Source: Octopus vulgaris
Lineage: Eukaryota
Direction: 5' to 3'
DNA length: 64,000 bases
Assembly: GCA_951406725.2 (NCBI GenBank)
Contig: OX597822.1
Coordinates: 48,546,001-48,610,000 of the forward strand
Shown here: piece after piece, positions 30,406 through 45,133 of the stretch
Numbering within the stretch: position 1 is the first letter of the stretch
Layout of the letters: every line of letters begins with the position of its first letter
Program-made: the position numbers and the translations under genes
Notes under the pieces: generated by a model
Databases searched by the model: none
What the model saw: the letters and a program-made list of their open reading frames with translations, nothing else
What the model was told of the DNA's origin: nothing

Positions 30406-30485
30406 CACACACACACACACGCACATATATATATATATAGATAATACAGATAGATAGATAGATATATACATATATACATACAAAC

Positions 30486-30531
<46 letters not shown>

Positions 30532-30544
30532 TTAAATATCATTA

Positions 30545-30735
30545 ATTCCCAAAAGCAACGGAAAAAACACAAGAAAAACAACAACACGAAGATGTGGTAC
30601 ATGCAAAGTATTAATAAAAAGCTCAGGGAAGGAAAGAAAGGGTCTTTTACGTTTCGAGCAAAGCTCTTCTTCGGAAACAGGAGACAGAAAAAAGTCCAAG
30701 AGAAAAGAAAGCCGGAGGGAAAAATCGCCATAAAT
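30545..30735 (-). mobile_element. family P1-related element with CCGAAGA hammerhead variant
   Basis: Minus 30645-30678: UUU CCGAAGA A GAGC-UUU-GCUC GAAA CG UA AAA. Confidence 0.6.
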
Positions 30736-30768
<33 letters not shown>

Positions 30769-30772
<4 letters not shown>

Positions 30773-31999
30773 AGTTGGGCAAAATAATGGAAACACCTAA
30801 AATCATAACATCATAATTATGAAATATCTATAAAACCGCCAAAAGTTTGTTTATTTTTATATTTTTGGGTTTATTATTAGTGTTGCTTAATATGTTTAGC
30901 TAAAATTGATGTTTCTTTTTAGGTTATCATCAGGAAATGGTAATTAAAATTCATTGAAATGACAGATCTATGGGACTTTCAAAGAGGTAAAACTATTGGT
31001 ACTCACATGGAAGGCGCTAGCGTAACGAAAATAGCTGAAATGTTTAGTGTATCAAGAAGTACTGTGTCGAAAGTAATGACAGCCTTTGAGATAGAGGGAA
31101 AAACCTCCTCGTAGAAACAAAACTCGGGAAGAAAACCAAAAGTTTCAGATAGGGACCGTCGGACTCTTACGCGAATTCTTAGAAAGAATCCCTAAAGTAC
31201 AGCTCACAAAATTACTGCAGAGCTTCATGACTACCTTGAGAACCCAGTTTCCACAAAATTTGTTCGTCGGAAGCTGCACAAAGCCGGATATCACGGGAGG
31301 GCTGCAATCAGAAAACCACTACTTTCAAAAACAAACGTTGCAAAGCGTTTAGCGTGGAGTAAAAACCTACAGAATTGGTTCCTAGAGCAGTGGAAGAATG
31401 TTTTCTCGGACGAGTCATCCTCTACCTTATTTCCGTTCACCGGCCGAGTATACGTGTGGAGGCAATCAAAAGAAGCATTTGACCCAGACTGCCTTCTTTC
31501 AACTGTTAAACATGGAGGAAGATCTGTGACGATCTAGGGGGCTATATCTTGGAAATCCGCCGGCCTAATGGTTTTCCTTCATGGCAGAGTTAATAGTCAA
31601 GACTATTCAAGCATTTTATCTGATCAAATTCATCCCATGGTTGTGGAACTGTTTTCGGAGGGAAACGCAATCTTTCAGGATGTTAATGCACCAATTCACA
31701 CAGCTAAAGTTGTTACTGAATAGCACGAGGAACAGTCTAGTGAAGTTGAACAGCTTTTCTGGCCACCACAGTCCTCAGATCTCAATATTATTGAACTTGT
31801 TATGGTGCATTTTAGAAAATCAAGTAAGGAGTCGATATCTTCCACCATCATCACCACAAGAACTAGAGATTGTTTTAACTGAAGAATGGACAAAAATTCC
31901 ATTGCAAACAAAACAATTCAAACTTTATACGATTCCATTCCTATTAAAAAAAAATTGTTTGAAATTTTAAGGTGTTTCCATTATTTTGTCCAACGTCTG
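30769..31999 (+). mobile_element. full-length decayed Tc1-family transposon, DD36E spacing
   Basis: ~30-bp TIRs (GTTGG.CAAAATAATGGAAACACCT), TA flanks, ~1.23 kb. Confidence 0.92.
30959..31945 (+). pseudogene. Tc1 transposase pseudogene
   Basis: ATG at 30959; GRKPK, KPLLS, FSDES, TVKHGG, FQD(V)NAPIH, WPPQSSDLNIIE; several stops and frameshifts. Confidence 0.9.
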
Positions 32000-32012
32000 T
32001 ATATATATATAT

Positions 32013-32293
32013 AAAACGGGAAGCTTTACAAAAATAAACAAAAGATGAAGACAGCTGGAGTACAAACAAACAATTGTATTAGTATGGCGCTCAGGAATAG
32101 AAATAAAACAAGTCTTTTACGTTTCGAGCCTACGCTCTTCAACAGAAAGATACACAGAAAAGAAACACGGAGAGAAACAAGGAGAGAAAAAAATGCGTGC
32201 AGGAGCTAACGATTCAGCATGGCGGTCTGATTTCAGCCAGAAGTCAGAGATCAGACGTTAGACGCAAGAGGGATAGTAGCGGAGATAACAGGG

Positions 32294-32295
<2 letters not shown>
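32013..32295 (-). mobile_element. family P1 element with CUGUUGA hammerhead variant
   Basis: Minus 32114-32149: CUUU CUGUUGA A GAGC-GUAG-GCUC GAAA CG UA AAAG. Confidence 0.6.
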
Positions 32296-32346
<51 letters not shown>

Positions 32347-32465
32347 AAAAATGGAATAAGAACGCAACTGACAACACATCCGGATAGGTAGATACAAAGA
32401 CGGACAGGAAATAACAAGGACGGATCATATATACATACATAAATATATATGTATGTACATATGCG

Positions 32466-32497
<32 letters not shown>

Positions 32498-32584
32498 TGT
32501 ATGTATGTATGTATGTATGTATGTATGTATGTATGTGTGCAGATTTGTATGTTTTATGTATGTATTCTCATGCATATAGTTACA

Positions 32585-33195
32585 TATTTAGACATGCTCA
32601 TATATATTTAAATGATAAACTCCTGGAAAGTTTTACAGATTTTTACAGTTCCAGTGATGGATTGGATCTGTTGCCTTCGAATTAGCTTTTCCTTTCTGGT
32701 TTTGAAAAACCTAATTTCTCAAGATTGTTATTTAGACAGTGTGTTACATATCCCAGGGCCCCAATAATTACAGGTATAAACCTGTATTTGTAGTCTGGAT
32801 AGAGTAACTGCAGATTTCTCAATAATTCAACATAGGCGTTCTCTTTTTCACTGATCTTCAGATTTATGTTAACATCCGCTGGGCAGCTAATTTCCACAAC
32901 TGTGCACAGTTTCTCTTCTCAATCCCAAATCATTATATCAGGTCTATTGTGCTTACATTTTATTGAGGTCTTCACTGGTGCATTCCACCACTACTCCTTG
33001 TTAATATGAGTGGGTATTGCTTCTACCATATTGTGAGTTTTTATTTCTTTGTGCTCGGGATTATCCTCTCGACGGATTTCATTATATAGTGTCCTAGCTA
33101 CAACATCATGTCTCATCCGTAGATAAACCGTGATGACATTTTCGGACAACTGCTTATGATGTGCGTGATATCTTCAGTATGAACTGCACAAAGTC
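32585..33195 (-). mobile_element. 5'-truncated RLE-type LINE, family L-E
   Basis: EDITHIISSC, RHDVVAR, HNRPDIMIW, EISCPAD, FIPVIIGALG; (TATG)n on both flanks. Confidence 0.8.
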
Positions 33196-34029
33196 TGTCT
33201 GTCTGTCTTTCTGTCTGTCTTTCTGTCTTTCTGTATGTATGTATGTATGTATGTATGTATGTATGTATGTATATGCACGAAGCAGTGACAGGAAGTTCAA
33301 AAATATCAGAAATATTTGAACTTAAAGCTTCTCATTGCAGTTAGTCGAAGAACCAAAGAAAGTCTCGCTTCAGTCAAAAAGGTGTCAAAGCTCAGAGCAC
33401 CTTCTATTGTTCATAATAAAGTTTGACTCGGCAAGCAAATATTAAATGAAGACTTTTTTCGGAATTCTTGATGACACTCCCAAAAGCGTGACTAATGTGA
33501 TATCGCACAAAATAACTTTTTACATCTGAAAATATCAACTGCTAATTCCTCTGAATTTCTCCAGAGCAGCATAAAATGCGTCTTAATTTTATTTACGCTG
33601 ACCTTGAAATTTAAAGAGAGAGATAACAGAAAAAGTGTTAATGAGTTCGATGAACAACTATGTCTGTGATCACTTATTTTTTGTGATGTGTGTAACAAAA
33701 ATGGATGTGACACTTTCAGGACAGTTATTTTCTATGTCTTCCACACTGTAGATACTGAAGACACTTTCCCAAAATCGATATCTGTTTCGAAAATGGACCC
33801 CTTCTACATAAATTTCCAGGTATATAGAGATTTCTTTGGGCATTCTAAAAGTTTTTGAAAACCCGTTTTGGTTTAATTTTCATAAGAGTGGATCAGTTTG
33901 TTGCACTTTATTCTCTCAGCTTTTTACTGACTTCGAACCAAAGGATATATGTCTCAAAAATGGTTGCATTCGCGAATAAAAGAATGAGCTGACGGTTCGC
34001 AGAATTTAATTCAATTTATTTGTCTCGAC

Positions 34030-34497
<468 letters not shown>

Positions 34498-34517
34498 TAC
34501 TTTTCATTTTTTATTTC

Positions 34518-34871
34518 ATACTTGTTTCAGTAATTAGAGTGCGGCCATGCTGGGGTACGGACAGGAAGAATTTTAGTCCAACGTATCGACCCCGGGTGTT
34601 TATTTGATCGTTCTCTTTTGCTGAACCGCTATGTTATGGAGACGTAAACACACCAACACAGTTGCCAAGCGGTGGTTGGGGGCAAACACGCACACACACA
34701 CATACACATGTTTACGACGAGCTTCTTTCAGTTTCTCTCTACCAAATCCACCCGCAAAGCTTTGGTCGGCTCGTGGCTGGAATGGAAGACATTTACTCAG
34801 GGTGTCACACAGTGGGACTGAACCCTGAACCGAGTGTTTGGGAAGCAAACTTCGTACCACACGGCCACGCC
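34518..34871 (-). mobile_element. SINE family A, older adjacent copy
   Basis: Head and tail motifs recognisable. Confidence 0.8.
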
Positions 34872-35304
34872 TAGAGAAGGAAGAAATATTGCTACATAGT
34901 GGAGGACCAACAACCAGAAACTTACAGATCTTTACAAAATGTAGAAAAGAAATAAATTCACTGATAGCCATATTAAAGGGAGCCCTCACTTATGAACACA
35001 AGGTAGATTGCGAAAATTATTAGGTGACGTTGAGCCAAAATCGCATCTGTAACCGTATGAATTAACCACATTTTGGGTAGGTTCCACTAGCACGTTATGG
35101 GCAGCCACAAGCCTGGGATTTTTCAAAGTTTGGAGGTCATCTTCATCGCCCAATCGCTTTATACGCTTCTCTCTGTGTATGTATATGTGACATATGTGTA
35201 ATATGCGTTCATATACACACGTGTATGTGTGTGTCTGAATGTGTATGCTCATCTATCTATCTATCTGGATTATGTATGTATGTATGTATGTATGTATGGA
35301 TGTA

Positions 35305-35339
<35 letters not shown>

Positions 35340-35551
35340 ACGCGCACGAAAATATATATAAATATAATATATGTATGTATGTATGTATGTATGTATATAC
35401 ACACAAACATACACACAAATATACCCATATATATATATATATATATGTATACGCGCACGAAAATATATATAAATATAATATATGTATGTATGTATATACA
35501 CACAAACATACACACAAATATACCCATATATATATATGCACATTTACATAT

Positions 35552-35594
<43 letters not shown>

Positions 35595-35682
35595 CACAAA
35601 CACACATACATATATGTATATATACATATGTATAAATAATATGTGTATATATACATATGTATAAATAATATGTGTATATATA

Positions 35683-35713
<31 letters not shown>

Positions 35714-35915
35714 GTTTATGTATGTATACACAGACATACATGCATACATATACCGTACACAGAAGCAATTAACCTGGCTTTCACATATAATATATATATA
35801 TATATATATAAGTTTGTATGTAAGTATAAAATTCGCCCTGCTCACCCGCTTCCCACCACCTCAGCTGTCAACAAGTCTGGAGGTTTTGTCTTTATGTTTT
35901 GATAACTATCACTAG

Positions 35916-35964
35916 TGACGTCAATTAAAATGGCAGGCTGAAGTGTTAGCAACAAGATGGCGGC
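35916..35964 (+). promoter_or_regulatory. CRE plus YY1-type motifs in unique sequence
   Basis: TGACGTCA 35916-23, AAAATGGC 35927-34, CAAGATGGCGGC 35953-64; motif match only. Confidence 0.3.
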
Positions 35965-36199
35965 GGCTGTTATGTCTGTGTATCTCCCCGATAGGAAGGA
36001 ATTCGCTCATACATACTTTCTAACTGGACTAATACGATGCATGTGTCTTGCTGAATATAAACTGGGTTTATAATACGAGCAGACGGTTGTAAACATCGAC
36101 ATTAAAATATAATTCATTCTAATTTTGGCACAAGGCCAGCAATTTTGAGGGGTGGGGGAAGTCGATTACATCGACCATAATATGTAGATTACATATAAA

Positions 36200-36960
36200 G
36201 AAATACACTAATTGGATGCTGTTTTATCTTTTGCGTATTTTTTTCTCTTACAATGGCTTATGGAGCACAATAGGGCTACGCGTTTGCAAGAACTGGAGAT
36301 TGCTAAGAAATGCCTTATAAACAAAAGGAGACAGTGAAGCCGTTGGAGTTCCAAGATGCAACCGAAAATGTAGATTATGTCCATATTTTTGTGGGAGACA
36401 TCACGCGTATGATTAGCGGCTGCCCCCAAAATGTCATCAAGGCACTACCTCTCTATGCGACATGACTGTCGCAAAAACAATAAAATCTATCCAGGAATGA
36501 ATATAGAGAATCTCACTGTTTTTAAATGCATACACATCACAATACTAGTGGAACATTCCCTTCAAAACAACTGACAAGTGTAAGGATAACAGGTCGGATA
36601 TTGTTGTTTGGTACAGACATGAAAAAGTATGTACCGTCATAGAGGTCAGCCGTCCTGAATATCTCTTTGAAAATGAAAGAAAAAGACGATAATTATGAAC
36701 AACTGCTTCGAAACCTCCGGCTTTTATATCCAAGTTATAAATTCACATATATATCAATAATAACTGGTGCATTTCATTTAGTAAGTAAATACTCAAGTGG
36801 GATTTTCAGAAAAAGAAATCTACCAGCTAACTCGTGCATTACAAATGAAATCTGTAAGTGGAACCGTAAAAATATGCAAGACATTTCCCAAGTTTAATTG
36901 TGATATTTTCATTATCTACATTGCATCGATGGAGCTTTGTATCTTTGTTAGAAACTAGTT
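36200..36960 (+). mobile_element. decayed RLE-type LINE related to L-E
   Basis: LQELEIAKKCL, NRSDIVVW, EKDDNYEQLLRNLRLLYPSYKFTYISIITGA. Confidence 0.7.
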
Positions 36961-37459
36961 CCTTCCTCAGAAGAAGAATATAAATAATTAAAAACAGAAG
37001 CGAACATACTCGCAAGCACTCACACACACACACACACACACAGACACACACACACACACACACACACTCAGAACCCGGAGCAAAATATGGCCAACTTGGG
37101 TTCTTAGGAAGCGAATGCAATTCCTTAATTCATTCAATCGTGGTGTCTGGAACAATAAAAACATTCAAGATTTTCTTAAGATTTAAAGGATAATAAACAA
37201 AACAAGATGCTTTCTTTTACAACCTTTGCTATCAAGTGAGTAGCCGGTCAATATGAATTTTAAATTAAAAAAAGGGGAGGGGGTAAGAAAACATACTTAT
37301 ATACATATACATATACATATGTACATACATGCATATATACACATACTCACACATACTCACATACACACACACACACATACATATATACATAACATTCTTC
37401 ACTGTCCGTATGTAACGGTATGGAAGATTCTGGATTGGCTAAATTATTGTTGATGTCAA

Positions 37460-38005
37460 AGAGAGAGAGAGAGAGAGAGGGGGGAGAAACAGAGTGAGAG
37501 AGAGAGGATAGAGAGAGAGAAAGAAAGAGAGAGGATGGAGAGAGAGAGAAAAAGAGAGAGGATGGAGACAGAGGAGGGATGAAGAGAGATGGAGAGAGAG
37601 GATGGAGAGAGAGGGTGGAGAGAGAGAAAGAGAGAGAGGATTGTGAGTGAGGATGGAGAGAGAGAGATAGGATGGAGAGAGAGAGATAGGATGGAGAGAG
37701 AGAGAAAGAGGTGGAGAGAGAGAGAGAGAAAGAGGTGGAGAGAGAGAGAGAGAAAGAGAGAGAGTATGGAGAGAGAAGGGATGAAGAGAGAGGATGGAGA
37801 GAGAGAGATAGAGATAGAGATAGAGAAAGAGGGGAGAGAGAGAGAGAAAGGATGCAGAGATATGATGGAGAGAGAGAAAGAGAGAGATGATGGAGGGAGA
37901 GAAAGAGAGGAAGAGAGAGGGGATAAAGAGAGAGAGAGGGGGGGGGCTAAGAGAGAGAGAGGAAGAGTGAGAGGATGAAAAGAGAGAGGATGAAGAGAGA
38001 GACAA
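37460..38005. repeat. polypurine (GA/GGA)n tract
   Basis: Direct. Confidence 0.95.
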
Positions 38006-38294
38006 CCGGAGAGGTAGGCAGGCAGAGAAGGTAGGCAGGCAGGTGAGTGGTGAGTCAGCGCGATAAGGAAAGTGAAAGCACAGCGAGAGATCAAACAGAT
38101 TTTTTTCGACCACGTAGACCCAAGTTTACATAAAATAAAGGCACACACACGCACACACACAGATACACACACACACGTATATATTGTATATGATAGCATG
38201 CGCGCTCGTATCAGTATGTGAATTCGTGTGTGTGTAGGGAGGAGGCTGTGAAGATGATATATCTACATCAACCTTATACACACATTGTATGCGA

Positions 38295-38339
<45 letters not shown>

Positions 38340-38452
38340 CGAGCGTTCAAAATGTTATGTTGATACAAGCGTATTAATACAATGTGTTGATGTTCTTCTT
38401 TTCCAATAACATAGGTAAATCATTATAGGTATAAATACCATTTATATACTGC

Positions 38453-38534
<82 letters not shown>

Positions 38535-38584
38535 AGTGTATATACCACCATCGCCATCACCATCGGCTACACTTCATGGTAGCC

Positions 38585-38735
38585 ATTTTTTGTTTGTTTT
38601 TGTCCTCGTAACTTAGCGATTCGGCAATAAATACCTGTAGAATAAGAACCAGATTTAAATATGAAAAACGTAAGTATGGGGCGAATTTGTTCGACTAAAA
38701 CCCTTGAAGGGGATGTCCCAGCATGACTGAAACGA
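38585..38735 (+). mobile_element. SINE family A 3' half
   Basis: CGTAACTTAGCG...TCGACTAAAA...CCAGCATGACTGAAAC. Confidence 0.65.
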
Positions 38736-38799
38736 ATAGAGGATAAATGACGAAAGAGAAAAATATGCCAAAATGACAAGAGTTCTTACTCAAACACTG

Positions 38800-39671
38800 C
38801 GATGTAATGAGATTATTTCATATTACACCTGGAACGAAACAAATGGTCAACTTTGGGAAGAAATATGTTCCAGTTGAAGGCTTGAGTTATGTCAGATGGA
38901 ATTACATTTTGGGAAATATCAATATTGTTCATGCCAGCCAGCTGGAATTTATCGACAGAAGGAGGCTCTTACGAAAAAGAGGAATAAAATCATTTCACCA
39001 GATTCGAACAGTGAATGGTCGTGTCTGTTACAAAATATTACTCAGTAGGAAGTAACAATGATAAAAGCCCTTTTTTATGATTTTTACAATTACCTTCAAA
39101 ACTACTAAGCCTCTTTGCAGTCCTATTAAAACGTGGACTCTCAAAACCTCGATAAATCTAATATGGTGGTAATTTAATTTGGTTTAACAAGTAATGATGT
39201 TACTTGGAATGCGCATCTGTTGAAGTTTCTCAGTAAATATACTTATCGTACTTTCCATCATACAAACCGGATTTTTCAGACCCAAATTTATAGACCCACA
39301 AAGTAGGTCGACTCAGACACGAAGGAGACTTTGGAGGAGGGAAAATTCCATGTGACCAACGAGAGAGAACGTTAGATGGATTTTTGTCTCATTGGGCATT
39401 GTCAATAATTTGTACAAACACCCAGCATAATTAGACGAAAGCAGTCATCGCTGATATATAACGAAGATAGTGATTAAGTAATCACTAGAGATGCAAACAG
39501 CCGGCTCGTAAAAAAAAAATCCGTTTTATGCAACAAACGAATTATTACAATAAAACAGCCGTCCACACAAGAAAACACATAGTAACTGAATCCTCAACTT
39601 GTTCCATTTGCCAAAAGGTTTGCAAGGCATCAGCAGGCCTCAAGAGACACGTTCGTGTCCATAGAACATGA
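38800..39671 (+). mobile_element. old RTE-like LINE 3' relic ending in a C2H2 finger
   Basis: 39600-39671 encodes CSICQKVCKASAGLKRHVRVHRT*, typical of RTE/BovB C-termini; upstream portion heavily decayed. Confidence 0.55.
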
Positions 39672-39723
39672 TCAACGCTTTATTTTACTGAACTCTTATT
39701 TGTCGCCCACGACAAGAGAATCC

Positions 39724-39787
<64 letters not shown>

Positions 39788-39842
39788 AGAATAATTATTA
39801 TTCATAAAATAATAATGTCACTGGCCGCAAGAGTAAAAGCTG

Positions 39843-39889
<47 letters not shown>

Positions 39890-40578
39890 GCAAATAAGAA
39901 AACGGAGAGGATATAAAATCGACAGACATCACCCAGTAAGCATTCCAGTATGTCTATTTATTCAATTGTATTGGATGATTCCACACACATGTATGAGTGA
40001 TGCAGATTAACGAGTAGAAAAAAGCTGGTAACTGCATATACAATGATGTGAATACATACAAGCATGTAGAAACAAATGAGAAAAAATATAAATGGGTTTG
40101 CAGGTACTAGTTCCTTACGGCCGTTTCTGCCAAGAGGTAACAAAATCTTTCTGGTCATCTCCATCACTTCAATGTTATGCAGAGGTGAACAGACAAGGCT
40201 TGCATAATGGATGTGCTCCTAGGCTTCTTCAGAGGGTCTAAGTAGTTGGGGGGGGGGATAACACATATAAAAGTCAGTTAAGAATAGATAAGGTGTGCTT
40301 ATACTTTTAAATAGAGTACTATCCCTTAGTTGGTTTCTCAATCTCTAACTCACACAGAAATATATATTTCACTCACAGGTTTTCAAAAATGTGTTAATTC
40401 CAACGGTTAGTATATAATTCTTATGAATTTAGAGATATATTCTGTTGGTTTATTCCAAATAGATACCCTTTAACCAAATAGGTTTCTTGGAGTTTTGATA
40501 TAAATAATAATAATGAGTATGATGAAGTAGCATTTCACGAATATTAATATACATTTTGATTTAAATAAGGTTATTATT

Positions 40579-40662
40579 GACCAACATATGTTTCCACTAC
40601 ATCGGTTAGCAAATGTTGCAATTGCAACTTTGCTATAATCCCGGTGTAGTTTCTTCAGGGTC
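40579..40662 (-). ncRNA. hammerhead motif with long helix II
   Basis: GACC CUGAAGA A [ACUACACCGG...CCGAUGUAGU] G GAAA CAUAUG UU GGUC. Confidence 0.75.
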
Positions 40663-40801
40663 TTCACTGTAATATCCTTTCAGATTGAACTGGTTAGAGT
40701 TTTAGGTTGATTTTAGTAATATGTTGGATGATAATAACAGCTCACAACGAAAACATAATCTTGAAAATTCAGAAAAAAACTAATCTGATCAGATTGGGAA
40801 A

Positions 40802-41240
40802 GTGGATATTGAGAATAATAATAGTGATATAAACAATGTCAAGCTCAATATGAAAACTCGAATAGAAGGTAACGCCGCAACACTGTTTAATCAAATAAAT
40901 GACGTTGAATCGAATAAGAATTCCGCTAGAAAGAGAAGTAATATAACGTTATTATATGAAAATGTAAATAATGATAAAAAATTTCGGAAGAAAGAATTTG
41001 GTTTTATCCCCAACGATCAAATTAAGAAGAAATCTGATCGAAATATATAAAATAATATCTGTAATTGTTCAAACAAAAACTCATGCCCTCTCAATAATAA
41101 ATGTAAAAGAAAAAGTATCGTATATAGATGTAAAGTTACATCGGGGAGAACTGAACGCTTTTGCATAAGTTCAAAAAAAAAAAAGGCTGGTTAATCATTT
41201 AAATTCATTTAGAGAGAGAAATATACACGTTCAATTATAC
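40802..41240 (+). pseudogene. Penelope-like element GIY-YIG endonuclease relic
   Basis: From 41051: NNICNCSNKNSCPLNNKCKRKSIVYRCKV...FCIS...KRLVNHLNSFR (CxCx5C linker and decayed VY-YIG). Confidence 0.75.
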
Positions 41241-41765
41241 AAATAGCTATGTGTTCAGGCGTACGATTGTACCTTTATTTGGGGACACAGCCTCTTCATT
41301 TGCTGTTCGATTAACTGGTTTATTGTCAGAGCGTTCATGCATTTTAACGGATCATCGACTTTATTGTGAGAAGCGTGTACAGAAATACAAATAGACAGAT
41401 GGTTCGTCATCAAATAGATAGAGGCAGATAGAATAATACATAGATAGATAAATAGATAGACCGATACATGGTTCATCATGCACACACACAGATATGAATT
41501 AGTCAAGAGAGAGAAACAGAGGCAAGGCAGCTACTGTGTGATATTGATAAAATATGCACGCACGCGCATATAGAGTCAGGAAATTATATTGAAAGATAGC
41601 CAGAAGTAAACACGCAAATACCTATATACGTATATGCCTGTAGAAACACATACGTATGTGTGTGTGAGAGTGCGTGTGCGTGTCGTTTAATATACACTGT
41701 ATATATTGTACATTAAACGTTTGTCTTTCGTCAGTACATTTTTGTTGATCTTTACGGAACACTAT

Positions 41766-41832
<67 letters not shown>

Positions 41833-41848
41833 TACCTACATCCATATA

Positions 41849-41889
<41 letters not shown>

Positions 41890-41892
41890 GTA

Positions 41893-41928
<36 letters not shown>

Positions 41929-41962
41929 TGTATGTATGTATGTATGCGTGTGTGTATATATA

Positions 41963-42370
41963 TTCTTTTATTCTTTTACTTGTTTCAGTCATCTGACTGC
42001 GGCCATGCTGGGGCACCGCCTTTTGTCGAACATATCGACCCCAGAACTTATTCTTTGTAACCCTAGTACTTATTCTATCGGTCTCTTTTGCTGTTAAGTT
42101 ACGGGGACGTAAACACACCAGCATCGGTTGTCAAGCGATGGTGGGGGAACAAACACAGACACAGACACAGACACACGGACACACAACACACACACACACA
42201 CACACATACACACATACGACAGGCTTATTTCACAGATTATTCACTTGAGTGGACAGAAACATCTTGGAATTAGATGTTTTGCTCAAGAGAACAACGCGGA
42301 GCCCGGCCCAGATATCGAAACCACGATCTTACGGTTATGAGTTCAAACACCCTAATCACTAAGCCACTGT
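41963..42370 (-). mobile_element. SINE A 3' half joined to the head of another tRNA-SINE (family D)
   Basis: A tail 41963-42220; TTGCTCAAGAGAACAACGC...ATCGAAACCACG...CACTAAGCCA head to 42370. Confidence 0.7.
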
Positions 42371-42385
42371 ATGCATATAAACACA

Positions 42386-42485
<100 letters not shown>

Positions 42486-42794
42486 ATATATATATGTCAT
42501 TGTGTGTGTAGACGGATTAATTGCTGGCTACATGGGGTGACTCCCATGTAGCCAGAGGTATATTTCTATATTTCTGAGATCTAAAGAATCTTGTTGCACG
42601 GAATCTTTTAAGGAAAGAAAAAAAAATTTTTTTTTTAAAGATTTTTCCCGTTCTCTATTGACCCATTTACCGAATCAATTTAACTGACTCATTCTTTTTA
42701 TCACTTCTTTTAGTCTTTGAATTATCTCGATACGTCTTCACTCCCCCGCCCTCCCACCAAATATACAGATCTGTCTATCTACCTATCTGTCTAT

Positions 42795-42875
<81 letters not shown>

Positions 42876-42904
42876 GAGCTAGCTAGCTATCTATTTATCT
42901 ATCC

Positions 42905-43012
<108 letters not shown>

Positions 43013-43165
43013 GCCTGTCTGTCGGTCTGTCTGTTTGTTTCTCATTCTCCCGTTCTCTCTCTCCCTTTCTTTCTCTCACACACAGGCAAAAACACCTCTG
43101 AGAACATTTATAGTGTGGTTATTTGTGTGTGTGTGTGCCTACGGGTGTGTATACATATACATACA

Positions 43166-43207
<42 letters not shown>

Positions 43208-43699
43208 TGCATACGTACGTTTACACAATGATACATACAAACACAAGCACACACACACACACATATACACATCTGTGCTCATGTAGATACGTTTATGCAA
43301 ATATATGTCAGTATTGTCTCAGAATCTATCACATACACACACACACACATACACACGCGCGCGTATATATATATATATATATATACACGTATACACGTAC
43401 ACAGACACACATATGTGTATATATGTGTATGTGGATGTGTCTGTCAGTCTGTCTTTAAACACGCACACACACACACACAAACACAGGCACTCACATAGAC
43501 ATCCAACTATGCACACACACATGTATGTGTGTGCGCGTGTGTGTTTGCGTGCCTATCTATCTGTCTGTCTGTTTGTCTCCCTCTATCTACCTGTCTTTCT
43601 TCTTCTCTATCTATCTCTCTTTTCCATGGCCTCTTTCCCTAAATCGTTTGACTCATTTCCTCTCATACCACACATAATCCATCGCCAGCCCCTTCTCCC

Positions 43700-43738
<39 letters not shown>

Positions 43739-43868
43739 TCTCAATATATATCTCTATCTCTCTTCTTCTCCCTTTATATAACATTTACACTCACTGACCC
43801 CCCCCTTTCATATCTCTCTCCAACTTTCCTCTCTCTCATTTTAAACTAACTCATACTTCGTCTACCTC

Positions 43869-43914
<46 letters not shown>

Positions 43915-44740
43915 CCACTCTCACTTTTGCTTTCAGTCATTCTCTTTCTCTTTCCCTCGCTCTGTCTCTCCTTCCGTTCCCCTCTCTCTTTTCCTCTCCC
44001 CTCTCTCTCCCCCTTCGCCTCCTCCAGACACGACGTCACCATTGCATTCCTTTTGTTACAGGAAATGCACTGACACACGTGCAGCCTACTTTATATGCAT
44101 GCATACCAGCAGGTATGCACATACACACATACATATATACATATAATTATATATATACATATATACGCGCGCACACAGATACATACATGCATATTGGTAC
44201 ACACGCATACATCCATACATACATGCATACACGCATGCACATATATATATATATATATATATACATGAACATACATCATGCACATATATATATATATATA
44301 TACATGAACATACATCCATGCCTATAGATACTTGCTTCTACATAACATTGTACAAATAGAATCAGGTATATTCGTCGATGGATACAATCAAATAAATACA
44401 CACCTATACATACACACACAAACATACATACATACATACATACATACATACATACATACATACATACATACATACATACATACATACATACAGATATACA
44501 TACCTTGCATAGGTGTAATTCGTTCTACATGCATGTACGCAAGGCATAGAAAACTTTTGCGTTGTTTCCTCACACCCAACTATCCTATAATGTAATATAA
44601 CACAATATAACATTATAATACGACAAAATGCAACGTAATATGATATAAATATAATATAATATAATACAATGTCTATATGTATATGCATATGTTTGTATAT
44701 ACATATATACTTAGATATATGCACACATGCATGCATACAT

Positions 44741-44787
<47 letters not shown>

Positions 44788-44991
44788 TACATGCATACAT
44801 GCATACATACATACATACAAACATATATACATACACACACACACGCACACACACACATATATATATATATACATATATACATATATATTTACATACATAT
44901 GTATCGATGAAATTCTGTTTGTCTGTATCTCTCTCCCCTCTCTTTCTCTCTCTGCACACCTACATTTATGTATATCTATATTTGTCTCTCC

Positions 44992-45041
<50 letters not shown>

Positions 45042-45133
45042 CTATCCATACATACATACGTACATTACATACATACATACATACATTACATACATATACA
45101 TACATATATATACATAAACATACGCACACACAC

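Noticed and set aside
33280-33800. Ancient mariner-like relic
   Set aside because: Too decayed for motifs or TIRs to be read with confidence
39600-39671. Host C2H2 zinc-finger gene
   Set aside because: Single finger followed by a stop, no TGEKP linker, in decayed LINE-like context
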